Assembly: GCF_018336915.1 (NCBI RefSeq)
Contig: NZ_CP064923.1
Location: 2,130,001 to 2,162,000 of the forward strand
Length of the DNA stretch: 32,000 nt
From: Acaryochloris marina S15
Lineage (GTDB): Bacteria; Cyanobacteriota; Cyanobacteriia; Thermosynechococcales; Thermosynechococcaceae
Direction of reading: 5' to 3'
Of this stretch, positions 15,385 through 24,250 are shown one piece after another (the first letter of the stretch is position 1; every line of letters starts with the position of its first letter). Under the pieces are notes generated by a model. The model saw nothing but the letters and a program-made list of their open reading frames with translations. It made no database searches and was not told where the DNA came from. A program made the position numbers and the translations under genes.

Positions 15385-16668
15385 TTACCGGTCAGAGGTG
15401 GTTCCGACTAAAGTTCGTTTAGCAGGTGAGGCGGATGAGGAGTGATTATTGCTGATCGCCTCTTCCCATAGCTGCACCAAGGTTTGAAATGCTCTATCCC
15501 AGCTGTAATTCTCAACACTGGATGGGGCATAGTCGCCCATCCCTCGCCGCAGCGTTGGGCTTTCGATTAGGGCTTGAAGCTTGCTAGCAAAGTCATGGAC
15601 CGATTGGGGTTCATATAGATAGCCGTTGCAACCATGCTCAATATTTTCAACGACCCCACCGGCTCTGGGAGCAACTACTGGAATCCCTGAAGCAAAGGCT
15701 TCCAAGATGGTTAGACCCCGTGCTTCTTTCTCTGATGTGGTGATGTGAATATCGCTATTAGCAAGCAAAATAGGGATTTGAGTTGGATCGACCCGACCCA
15801 ACAAATGCACATGGGGCGTTAAAGCTCCTAGCTCATCCGCAATTTCTTCCCGCATAGAGCCATCGCCAGCCACGATCAGCGCCACTTTATCTCGATCGAT
15901 GCGAGACAACAGTTCTCGCATCGCTTTGAACGTAAAGCCCCAGCCCTTATCAGGGGTAAGCCTGCCGACAAACACGAGTTTTACTTGCTGATCCACCTCC
16001 GGTAGATCGTAATTCTGGGCAAAGTAGTTGGACTGACGTAGGTTGGGACTAAAGTGATCGGTATCAAAGCCCACTAACCCTGCATAGCGGCTGTTCTTAA
16101 TGCCCATCTTGATGATTTTCTGTTGTGTAATCGGACTGGTTGTACAGGTCTGATCGTAGGCGTTATACACCCGTCGCAACAGCAGCTTAAATACATTCTG
16201 TAGGCCAGAAATGGCAGCGGGAGGCCAATCAAAATAGTCCTCCGCATATTCAATAAAATTCGTGCGATAAAAGCACACACAAGGGATGCCAGCCTGTTTG
16301 GCATACTTGATGCCTGGTGTTTGCAAAAGCCCTACAGATAATCGTTCCGGCTCATCCACATGCAGGATGTCTGGCTGAAACTCTTCTAAAGATTGCATCA
16401 GGTGAGGACGGGCCCGTCGACTGATATTCCGCTCAAAGTCCAACCCCATAAAAGCTTCACTGGGTAGGTTGACGACCTCAATGTTGGGAAGGATCTCCCC
16501 CGTATAGTCTTGCCAGTTTGGATAAACACTTGCCAATGCACTGTAGTCAGGACAAAAAACCCGAACTTGGTGTCCCCACTGACTCAACTTTTTCATCCGG
16601 TTATAATCGGCAACCGTTACTCCATCTATAACGGGCAGAAAACCAGAGGTAATAATTGCAATCTTCAT
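15385..16668 (-). CDS. GT4-family glycosyltransferase with a SqdX/MGS-like lipid-glycosyltransferase N-terminus
   Basis: N-terminus MKIAIITSGFLPVIDGVTV; GRLTPDKG; E-x7-E region EKEARGLTILEAFASGIPVVAPRAGG. The start ATG overlaps the MFS stop (ATGA at 16665-16668). Confidence 0.85.
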   Translation of the reverse strand: MKIAIITSGFLPVIDGVTVADYNRMKKLSQWGHQVRVFCPDYSALASVYPNWQDYTGEILPNIEVVNLPSEAFMGLDFERNISRRARPHLMQSLEEFQPDILHVDEPERLSVGLLQTPGIKYAKQAGIPCVCFYRTNFIEYAEDYFDWPPAAISGLQNVFKLLLRRVYNAYDQTCTTSPITQQKIIKMGIKNSRYAGLVGFDTDHFSPNLRQSNYFAQNYDLPEVDQQVKLVFVGRLTPDKGWGFTFKAMRELLSRIDRDKVALIVAGDGSMREEIADELGALTPHVHLLGRVDPTQIPILLANSDIHITTSEKEARGLTILEAFASGIPVVAPRAGGVVENIEHGCNGYLYEPQSVHDFASKLQALIESPTLRRGMGDYAPSSVENYSWDRAFQTLVQLWEEAISNNHSSSASPAKRTLVGTTSDR

Positions 16669-18017
16669 GGAGAGGTTACCTCTTCAAAACTATAAGCGTC
16701 ACGGATTTCTGATTTAGGGATAGATGAGTCTGGTCGTTTCACCGTTGGTATCTCTATGTCTAAGCGGCGTAAGCGACGGCTCCTAAAAGCCATGCCAGTT
16801 GCCACCAAGTTGCCAATTCCCATCATGAGCACCATCAGGGCAATCCCTCTCCCTGCACCAATTCCGCCAATGTAGGGACCCACTGTTTCTGCAAATGGAC
16901 CACCTGACATCAGAGGTTCTAAGAATTTTTCGACTAAAGGACCCACGACAATGTAAGCCAAAATCGCCAAAGACTTTTCAATCATTTGTTGGAGTGCAAA
17001 CACCCGTCCTTGGTAATGTTGGGGGACTTTGCTCTGCCAAATGGCCTGGTTGCAACTCACAATGATAGGTTGTGCAAATAAATAGACAAATAGCCCCATT
17101 GCCGCCAGAGGGATGGAGGTTTGGAGTGCCGCCATCAGCATAATTCCAGCCTGCAGGGGGATGAAGTAGAGCAGACCAAAGACCCGGCGTTTAGGGCCAC
17201 CCCAAGCCGTCATTACAATACTGCCCAGCAGCAAGCCACTGCCCCCAATGGAGAGCACATACCCTAACTCTTCCTGGGACCCAAAATCTAAAATTAGGGG
17301 CCAAAACACAACTTCTAAAATGCCCACGGAAAAGAAGTTAGTGGACATGAAGAGCAGCAGCCGAGATAAACCGGGGCGTTTGGTGATGTACCGCCAGGCA
17401 AACTGCATCTCTTGCAGTAGTCGCCGGATTTGGGGCGGTTTGGTGGGCCGGGTGCGTTTGATCTTGGGGAAGCGGGCAACTAACAGGGTCGACATCGCAA
17501 TCAGAAAGGTGCTGAAGTCGATAATTAAGATGCCGCCAATGCCCAGAATACCGATCAGGAAACCTGCGATCGCAGGTGAGATCACTCGAGCGATACCACG
17601 AGAAATCTGAACCATGCCATTCATGCGGCTATATTGGCTGGCGGGGGTCAACTGCGAAATTGCAGCCGTATAGGCTGGGACTTGAAACGCATTAAAAATC
17701 GAGTTAACGCCCACCGCCAGATAAATATGCCAAATCTCCAGCTGATTGGTCAGGACCAAGGCACCAATAATTAGCGTACCAATGCCCGCCGCCGCATCAC
17801 TGAGAATCATCGCCCAACGACGGTCCCAACGGTCTACGAGGGACCCAGCAATGGGTGAGATCAGTGTATTCGGCAAGTAGGTGAACAAAATCACCAGTGC
17901 CAGCTGGCTAATCGACTGATTTTGCTGGTAAACCCATATTCCAAGGGCAAACTCCGTCAGTTTTGTCCCTAACAGAGAAACAACTTGTCCTATCCAAATC
18001 AGCAGAAATGTTTGCAT
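16665..18017 (-). CDS. MFS transporter (EntS/DHA3-like, about 12 TM helices)
   Basis: N-terminal signature LIWIGQVVSLLGTKLTEFALGIWVY...LPNTLISPIAGSLVDRWDRRW. The protein is hydrophobic throughout. Confidence 0.85.
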   Translation of the reverse strand: MQTFLLIWIGQVVSLLGTKLTEFALGIWVYQQNQSISQLALVILFTYLPNTLISPIAGSLVDRWDRRWAMILSDAAAGIGTLIIGALVLTNQLEIWHIYLAVGVNSIFNAFQVPAYTAAISQLTPASQYSRMNGMVQISRGIARVISPAIAGFLIGILGIGGILIIDFSTFLIAMSTLLVARFPKIKRTRPTKPPQIRRLLQEMQFAWRYITKRPGLSRLLLFMSTNFFSVGILEVVFWPLILDFGSQEELGYVLSIGGSGLLLGSIVMTAWGGPKRRVFGLLYFIPLQAGIMLMAALQTSIPLAAMGLFVYLFAQPIIVSCNQAIWQSKVPQHYQGRVFALQQMIEKSLAILAYIVVGPLVEKFLEPLMSGGPFAETVGPYIGGIGAGRGIALMVLMMGIGNLVATGMAFRSRRLRRLDIEIPTVKRPDSSIPKSEIRDAYSFEEVTSP

Positions 18018-18026
18018 CTAGCTCCT

Positions 18027-18305
18027 TTACACCTTCGCGACAAAATCAGCAGGTTTGTTCGCTGGGGACAACGGCTTCAGTGAAACACTGAAGATAAACT
18101 TTTTGATGAGGCGGGGCAGAAGAAAATCATCGCCAATCAACAGTGTCAAGGATGGGTTCAGCGCCAACCCTAAAAAAGGTCTCCATTTGACTCGCAAATA
18201 AAGTGGAATCAACTTTTCAAACTGCTGATATAAAAAAGTCCCCATCCTAAAAATCAGAACGTTGAGTTTGGGTTTTCTTGATTTAAAATCCATAGGATTT
18301 TCCAT
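18027..18305 (-). CDS. hypothetical basic 92-aa protein, possibly the first gene of the MFS-GT4 operon
   Basis: Supported only by an ORF that ends 9 nt before the MFS start on the same strand. No motif recognised. Confidence 0.3.
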   Translation of the reverse strand: MENPMDFKSRKPKLNVLIFRMGTFLYQQFEKLIPLYLRVKWRPFLGLALNPSLTLLIGDDFLLPRLIKKFIFSVSLKPLSPANKPADFVAKV

Positions 18306-18836
18306 AAGCCATGGAGAGAAAGCATGAAGAAAACTTCTGCTTATTCAGATCTTGGATAACGACTGTTTGGGGTAATTTTTTGGATAAGTATTGCTACTAA
18401 AATGATTAGACTTAACCTAGAGCGGTATGAACCGTTCGATTCAGCCAGCGAGTTAAATAAGTCTGCGGTACATTCTTTACGCTAGCTGGTAGCAATTTAA
18501 TGACATGAAAAATCAGATTTTGTTTCCTTACTGGGGAATCATGATTGCCTTCAACTACTGACATTAGAACTGAATTGTCGATAGGTAAAAGGTGAGTTAA
18601 GTAGAGATTAAGGATTAAATCTGAAATGCCACCTAATTACACGATGCTATTGCGTGAAATTAAAGTCAAACCCTAGTGTTGAGATTTCTTAAGTGTCCAG
18701 TGTTATGCCTGTTTTTTCATTAGAAATCAGAAAAGCAAGATGTGAGGATTTACCCGCACTGAACCCATTAGCCTTTCAGGCAAAGGCATATTGGGGATAT
18801 TCTCCTGATTTTATGAAGGCGTGTCGGTCTGAATTA

Positions 18837-19997
18837 CTCCCTTCCCGGCATAAGATTAGGGCGCGAGTGAAAAGATATGATTAAGCGTTTTTTGGACTTG
18901 TGCTGCCGATAGAAACTGGTTTGAGGTAATGAACTGAAAGAGCTGTTGTCTGATTTGCGGAAGTGTCGTTCCAATGGGGAGATGATGCAGCAATCGCAAT
19001 CTCAGTAAGTGAATCACATATTCGACCAAGTTTAGCTTGGGAGAGTAGGACGGCAGATACAAAAACTCAACTTGAATCGATTGGGCCAGTCCCATTTGCT
19101 CTAGATGAACAGCCAGCTGGGACTGCATTTTGAGCTTATGAGTCGGATTGTTATCGAGAATAATGCACAGTTGAGTGTAGCCTGATTCAACGCATTCGGA
19201 GCATAGGTCTGCAAAGTACTCTGATACATCTTCTGTTTTGGAATATGGGCTTATTCCAAAATACTCCTCGCCACTATGGGCATCAACACAAAGGAAACCG
19301 TTGAGTTTCTTGCGAGCCCGCTCATTGCTCGGAACCTCTGGACGAGTATTGCGTTCTGCCCAGCCATAGAATAAATTGGGACGCTCAGAGACAGCAAACT
19401 CATCAAAAAATACGATGCGCTCACCTGGTTGTAGCGATTGCAGTTTTTTTTACTGCTGCTACCCATTCTTGCTGGGCTTGCGGATCAGCATTTGCATAGT
19501 CGCGGTGGGCTCGCTGGTAAGACAACCCCAACTCCGAGAGCAATTCATAAATACGAGAGTCTTTCAACTGCACCTCGAAGCGTTGCTCAATTACAACTGA
19601 CAAAATAGCCCCCGTCCACATATTGCGATCAATGCCATAGTCTGTCGGGTGTTGTGTTAGCACCATTTCTTTGAGTTGCTGTTGTTGTTCTGGAGGCAAC
19701 CGACTTGGTTTTCGATGCCGAATGGGTTGGACTAAACCTCTCAGTCCGCCGTCGAGAAATTTGTCTATCCAACACGTTAAAGTGTCATAGCGACACCCTA
19801 CTTGCTTACTCGCTTGGGCACGACTCTGTCCTTCATGCAGGAGTTTAATAGCGGTTAATCGCTGGCGAATGTATTGTTGTTGATTGCGATTGTAGAATTT
19901 CTGCCACTCATCTACATCAAAAGGCTTATCTCGAAAGGCTTGTGTTCGGTTCACTGCGTCTATTTACTTTCTTCTCGATTTTACAGCGGGAAGGGAG
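18837..19997 (-). mobile_element. IS630-family insertion sequence, 1161 bp, with a TA target-site duplication
   Basis: The terminal inverted repeats are CTCCCTTCCCG (18837-18847) and CGGGAAGGGAG (19987-19997), with partial further matching inward. They are flanked by TA at 18835-18836 and 19998-19999. The element encodes an HTH + DDE transposase. Confidence 0.88.
18856..19954 (-). CDS. IS630-family transposase in two frames, joined at an A8 run
   Basis: orfA (19954-19421) carries the HTH domains (MNRTQAF...QRLTAIKLLHEGQSRAQASKQVGC...). The DDE half is open in the +1 frame from about 19437 to 18856 (LQPGERIVFFDEFAV...LCIILDNNPTHK...PSYSPKLNLVEY), and I translated it with no stops. The frames meet at GCAGTAAAAAAAACTG, seen as a T8 run on the plus strand at 19444-19451. 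Confidence 0.8.
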
Positions 19998-20662
19998 TAA
20001 CCTACACTGCAGCACAGATTAATCAACCCCAATATCATTTCTTCCTAGGTGAAAGAGAACATAATCTAATCGGTTTTTATGGGCTAGAACAGCTTTCTGC
20101 CCAAGAAATGGAACTCATTGCCCTGTTTGTATCTCCCACTTCTATCGGGCAAGGCTATGGTAGGCATCTAATCAACCATGCAAAACGCCATGCTGTTTTT
20201 TGGGGGACTCAATCGATTCTGATTCAGAGCGATCCTAATGCGGAAGCCTTTTACCTCACTGTAGGGGCTTACCGAATTGGCCAAACGGAATCCGAGAGCA
20301 TTCCTGATCGTTTCTTACCGTTGTTAAAACTTGACTTGCTAAAGGATTGATGGGCTATTTTCTTAGTATTCCGTTGATAAAAGCGACAAGCTAGCCAAGA
20401 AAGTCATCAGATCAGAATTTCCAAGTTAAGAGTCAGCTGTCTCTGGGGGTACACTAGGGCTGGTGAGGGTTTGGCATCTTTCGGTCTTATCGTTTAGTAA
20501 TGATGAATATCACACGCCTTCAACTGTTCTGAATAAAGGGAGTTGTTCATTCTGATGTTGGCAGAATGCTGAAATGTTTAGCATTTCAAGGGCAGCTTTG
20601 AACCTCTTTCACTAGAGAGGTTGTAGAGGTAATTACATTAGGCGGTCGCAGAGTAAACGAGG

Positions 20663-23600
20663 TTGTCAGTAATTCAGCAGTTCTGGAATCAATTAACCAT
20701 CGTCCCAAGACAACTGTCGTTGGGGCTCAAAACCCTGCTTCATAATTTAGAATCACCAACGTTAGCCTTACCAGAAGTCGCTCAGTCTCTGGCTACAGGC
20801 AACCACTTCCTGCTGGCCTACCAGAAACTGGCTGATTTGGATTCACAACATCTGTCCTTATCAGAGCGGCTGCAAAAATCAGTGGAAATTCTCAGTGAGA
20901 CCCTGGGATTTGCCATCGTTGTGCTTGACTTTTATGATCCTAGCCAACAGACCCTTCACTTTCAGGCTGGGACCATTAGTCTGCTCAATGATGAGGATGA
21001 TGGTGCACAACGTCTTAATCAACAGGTTAGCCAGGTATTAGGGGCCTCAACTCCCGCTGTTCTGGTTGATGATCAAGGGGTGACCAAGCAGACCAGTTTG
21101 GCGTCATACTTACCCCCTTCGGCATTACTCAAAACAGTTGTGCAAATGCCTTTGGCAACTAATCATACTGTTTTGGGGATGTTGACATTAGGGAGTCCTG
21201 AGCGACTGCCCGATGCCGATATGTTCTGTTTGTGGGGTAAGAATGTAGTTAGCTATTTGGCTTGGTTAATCCAGGCTGAGCGGGTTAACGACTACTTCAA
21301 TACCGTCCAAGAACGATTTACATTAGTCGCTAGCAGCTTTAGGGGCTGTTTCTACGACTGGGATATTGCCTCCGCTTCTATCCTGCAGTTTACGAAAATC
21401 AATGAGGAACAGTCGGCAACCTCTAATATTCCCCTTGAATTCTCTTTGCAAGAATGGCTAGATCAAATTCATCCTGATGATCGACAGCTGTTGGAAACTC
21501 TGGTTGATCAGGACTTTCAGGGGGAGGATCAATTTGAGCTTGAGTATCGTTGGCAATCGGACGGGCAGCCAATGTGTGATCGGGGCGTTATCCAGCGGGA
21601 TGCCCAAGGCGCGCCGATCCGGATTGTAGGAACCCTGACTAATATTGCCGCCCTCAAGCAGATAGAAGTTAATGCCCAGCAGCAAATTGATCGTTATCAA
21701 ACGCTGCTGGCTGATATCTCCATCGTCATCTTTCAGACGGATCTAGCAGGACATTGGACCTATCTCAATCCTGCTTGGTCTAAGTTAACTGGGCTTCCCC
21801 TAGAAGAAAGTCTAGGGAAACCCATGTGGGACTTTGTGCATCCCGACGATCGTCCTGGCTTCCAGAAGGCATTTCATAATCTTGTTGAACAGACCTCCGA
21901 AAGTTATGACCATGAGCTGCGCTTTTTTAGTCAGCAGGGTGGGTGCTCCTGGATTGTCGTTCATAACCACGTCATTCGATCTGAGGACGGAACCTGTACG
22001 GGCACGGCAGGCACTTTGGTGGATGCCTCAGAACGGAAACAAACAGAACAGGCCCTCCTCCATGATGCGCTCCATGATGGGTTGACCCAGTTACCCAATC
22101 GAGTGTTGTTTATTGATCGATTGGAACAGGCTTGCCGTTCTTTTCAACGGCATCAAAATGAAATTTTTGCCGTTTTGTTCTTAGATCTCGATCGGTTCAA
22201 AATTATCAACGATACTCTCGGCCATATGGTCGGAGACCAACTGTTGGTGGCTGTTGCTCACCGGTTGCAAACCTGTCTCCGGCCCGAAGATACGGTGGCT
22301 CGTATCGGGGGGGATGAGTTTACCTTGCTGCTCCCCAATATTGATCAGACTGAAGATGCGATGCATATTAGCGATCGCATCTTGCAATCCCTGAGTGAGC
22401 CCTTTACCCTCGATAATACTGAAGTCTTTATTACTATGAGCATCGGCATTGCCATGAGTGGCAATCCTGAGCATAAACCAGACGATTTGCTGCGCCATGC
22501 GGATATTGCCCTCTATCGGGCTAAAGCCAGTGGGAAAGGCTGTTATGCCGTCTTTACTCCAGAGATGCCCCTCCAGCCTCTAGCCCAGGTACAAATTGAT
22601 ACGGAACTCCGACAGGCCCTTGATGAAGAGGAGTTCCGCTTGTACTGTCAGCCCGTCCACTCCTTGGAAAATAATGAAGTCTGGGGGTTCACTCTCCAGA
22701 TGTACTGGCAGCATCCCAGCAAAGGGGTGTTACCTCCATCCGAGTTTCTGTCTGCGGTGATGGATACTGGACTGCAGCGAGCCATGGGCTGGTGGATTTT
22801 GCGCAAGGCCTGCTCTCAGCTCCCTCAGTGGCAGCGAACGCCAACGGAACAACCCTTATCTATTTGGGTGTCAGTGTCTGAGTCGCAACTGACATCCTCT
22901 AACTTCCTATCTAAATTTGAACGGTTGTTAGAAAGAAATGACATCAATCCCCAGCATTTGGTTATCGAGTTACCCCCATCTCTTTGGCCACAACCCTCCC
23001 AGAAAGTCTTGGCCCATCTCCAAGACATCCACTCGCGAGGGGTACAACTCGCTCGGGTTCAGGATAATCAAGATTTCGACTGGTTGTCTTCAGATGAACG
23101 TTTACCCATCGATTGGATTAAACTATCATCGACTCTCCTGGGTAACCTAGATCAGCAAGGATATTTAGAATCGATCCATTCGATGTTTATCCTGGCAGCC
23201 AATGCTGAAATAAAGATGCTGGCTGATGGAATTCAAACTCCAAAACAGCGTCTGTTGATGAGTGCGTTGAAATGCGATTATGGACAAGGCCATAATTTTA
23301 GTGATCCTATCCCTGCCCATGCCGCCGATCCCTGGCTTGAACCGTCATACTCTCAACCCCTTGACAGCATGAACCCCTCATCATCCATGTCCCTATTGAT
23401 CATCTACAGTCCGATTGGTCAGTCGCAAGTTCCTCTTGTGGGTAAGCGATCCTGGACGATTGGCCGTAGTCCGGATAACTCGATTGTCCTTCCAGACCGA
23501 TGGGCATCTCGCAATCATGCTCAATTGCGAGCGACAGATGTAGGCGAATTTTTCCTGATTGATTTGGGGAGTGGCAATGGGTCTGTCGTCAATGGTGAAC

Positions 23601-24250
23601 GGGTGACCATGCCCGTTGCTCTTAAGGATGGGGACCTGATTACCATTGGTCATTCTCAACTGGAATTTCATCACCGTCCCCGGGAATCTGCCTTAAGTGC
23701 CATCGAAACGGCACCGAAAAATGTCCTAATGATGCAGTCTTCCCATCTACAGGGGCAAGTTTGGAAAGAAGCAATGAGTTCTCAGGGCATTTCCCTGACT
23801 TGGCTGAATGAAAATATAGATTTGGCTCAATATCTGACCCAATCCATTAAGTCAGGGCAAGGGTTTCCAGATTTGTTGCTGCTGGATATGACAATCCTGA
23901 AGCCCAATCCCTACAGCTTCTGTCGGTGGTGTCATAATTTGCATCCCGATCTCAAAATTATCTTGACGAGTGGTACGCGGACATTTGTCCCCGCTTCTGA
24001 ACGGAAATGGGCGACCCATCAGGGTGCTTCTGAGCTGATTGCGGCGTTTGATGAGGGCAGCATTTTCTCAAATTTGATTGATGTGATGGCCAAGGTGAGG
24101 GTGGTCTTGGCGACCCTTAACTGGCGCCCGATTGAGCAAGGTTCGTTATCCTCTGCACTCTTAGCCATTAAACCCAGTCTAACGACGGCCACCTTCAACA
24201 GCCGTCAAACCATTATTGGTGAGCTACCTGCCGATCTAGAGTCAAACTGA
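20663..24250 (+). CDS. multidomain signalling protein: GAF-PAS-PAS-GGDEF-(degenerate EAL)-FHA-(atypical REC)
   Basis: TTG 20663 is the first possible start, since an in-frame TAA lies at 20654-20656; the true start is uncertain. The GGDEF site is intact with an I-site (RPEDTVARIGGDEF, GGDEF about 22307-22321). The EAL-like region lacks the catalytic residues: TLQ replaces EAL at 22691-22699, VSVS replaces N, VQDNQDF replaces DDFGTG, and IKLS replaces KxD. The FHA domain spans 23389-23674 (WTIGRSPDNSIVLPDRWASRNHAQL...GSGNGSVVNG...GDLITIG). The C-terminal REC-like fold keeps PDLLLLDM but lacks the acidic pair and the KP. Confidence 0.85.
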   Translation: MSVIQQFWNQLTIVPRQLSLGLKTLLHNLESPTLALPEVAQSLATGNHFLLAYQKLADLDSQHLSLSERLQKSVEILSETLGFAIVVLDFYDPSQQTLHFQAGTISLLNDEDDGAQRLNQQVSQVLGASTPAVLVDDQGVTKQTSLASYLPPSALLKTVVQMPLATNHTVLGMLTLGSPERLPDADMFCLWGKNVVSYLAWLIQAERVNDYFNTVQERFTLVASSFRGCFYDWDIASASILQFTKINEEQSATSNIPLEFSLQEWLDQIHPDDRQLLETLVDQDFQGEDQFELEYRWQSDGQPMCDRGVIQRDAQGAPIRIVGTLTNIAALKQIEVNAQQQIDRYQTLLADISIVIFQTDLAGHWTYLNPAWSKLTGLPLEESLGKPMWDFVHPDDRPGFQKAFHNLVEQTSESYDHELRFFSQQGGCSWIVVHNHVIRSEDGTCTGTAGTLVDASERKQTEQALLHDALHDGLTQLPNRVLFIDRLEQACRSFQRHQNEIFAVLFLDLDRFKIINDTLGHMVGDQLLVAVAHRLQTCLRPEDTVARIGGDEFTLLLPNIDQTEDAMHISDRILQSLSEPFTLDNTEVFITMSIGIAMSGNPEHKPDDLLRHADIALYRAKASGKGCYAVFTPEMPLQPLAQVQIDTELRQALDEEEFRLYCQPVHSLENNEVWGFTLQMYWQHPSKGVLPPSEFLSAVMDTGLQRAMGWWILRKACSQLPQWQRTPTEQPLSIWVSVSESQLTSSNFLSKFERLLERNDINPQHLVIELPPSLWPQPSQKVLAHLQDIHSRGVQLARVQDNQDFDWLSSDERLPIDWIKLSSTLLGNLDQQGYLESIHSMFILAANAEIKMLADGIQTPKQRLLMSALKCDYGQGHNFSDPIPAHAADPWLEPSYSQPLDSMNPSSSMSLLIIYSPIGQSQVPLVGKRSWTIGRSPDNSIVLPDRWASRNHAQLRATDVGEFFLIDLGSGNGSVVNGERVTMPVALKDGDLITIGHSQLEFHHRPRESALSAIETAPKNVLMMQSSHLQGQVWKEAMSSQGISLTWLNENIDLAQYLTQSIKSGQGFPDLLLLDMTILKPNPYSFCRWCHNLHPDLKIILTSGTRTFVPASERKWATHQGASELIAAFDEGSIFSNLIDVMAKVRVVLATLNWRPIEQGSLSSALLAIKPSLTTATFNSRQTIIGELPADLESN

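Larger units (their letters stand above)
18693..20350 (+). pseudogene. GNAT-family N-acetyltransferase split by an IS630-family insertion
   Basis: The 5' fragment (...PVFSLEIRKARCEDLPALNPLAFQAKAYWGYSPDFMKACRSEL) ends at the TA at 18835-18836. The 3' fragment resumes at the TA at 19998-19999 (TYTAAQINQPQYHFFLGEREHNLIGFYGLE...LFVSPTSIGQGYGRHLINHA, the acetyl-CoA Q/RxxGxG motif). Removing 18837-19998 restores one frame reading ...CRSELTYTAAQIN... Confidence 0.8.

Noticed and set aside
18425-18445. A GTTCGATTC segment resembling a tRNA T-loop.
   Set aside because: The flanking bases do not form a T-stem, and no acceptor or anticodon arms can be drawn. It is not a tRNA.
20568-20622. Two short hairpins upstream of the 1195-aa gene: AATGCTGAAA/TTTAGCATT with a bulge, and AACCTCT-N8-AGAGGTT at 20601-20622.
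   Set aside because: The stems are only 7-9 bp, imperfect and without a U-tract. They are within what chance allows in an AT-rich leader.
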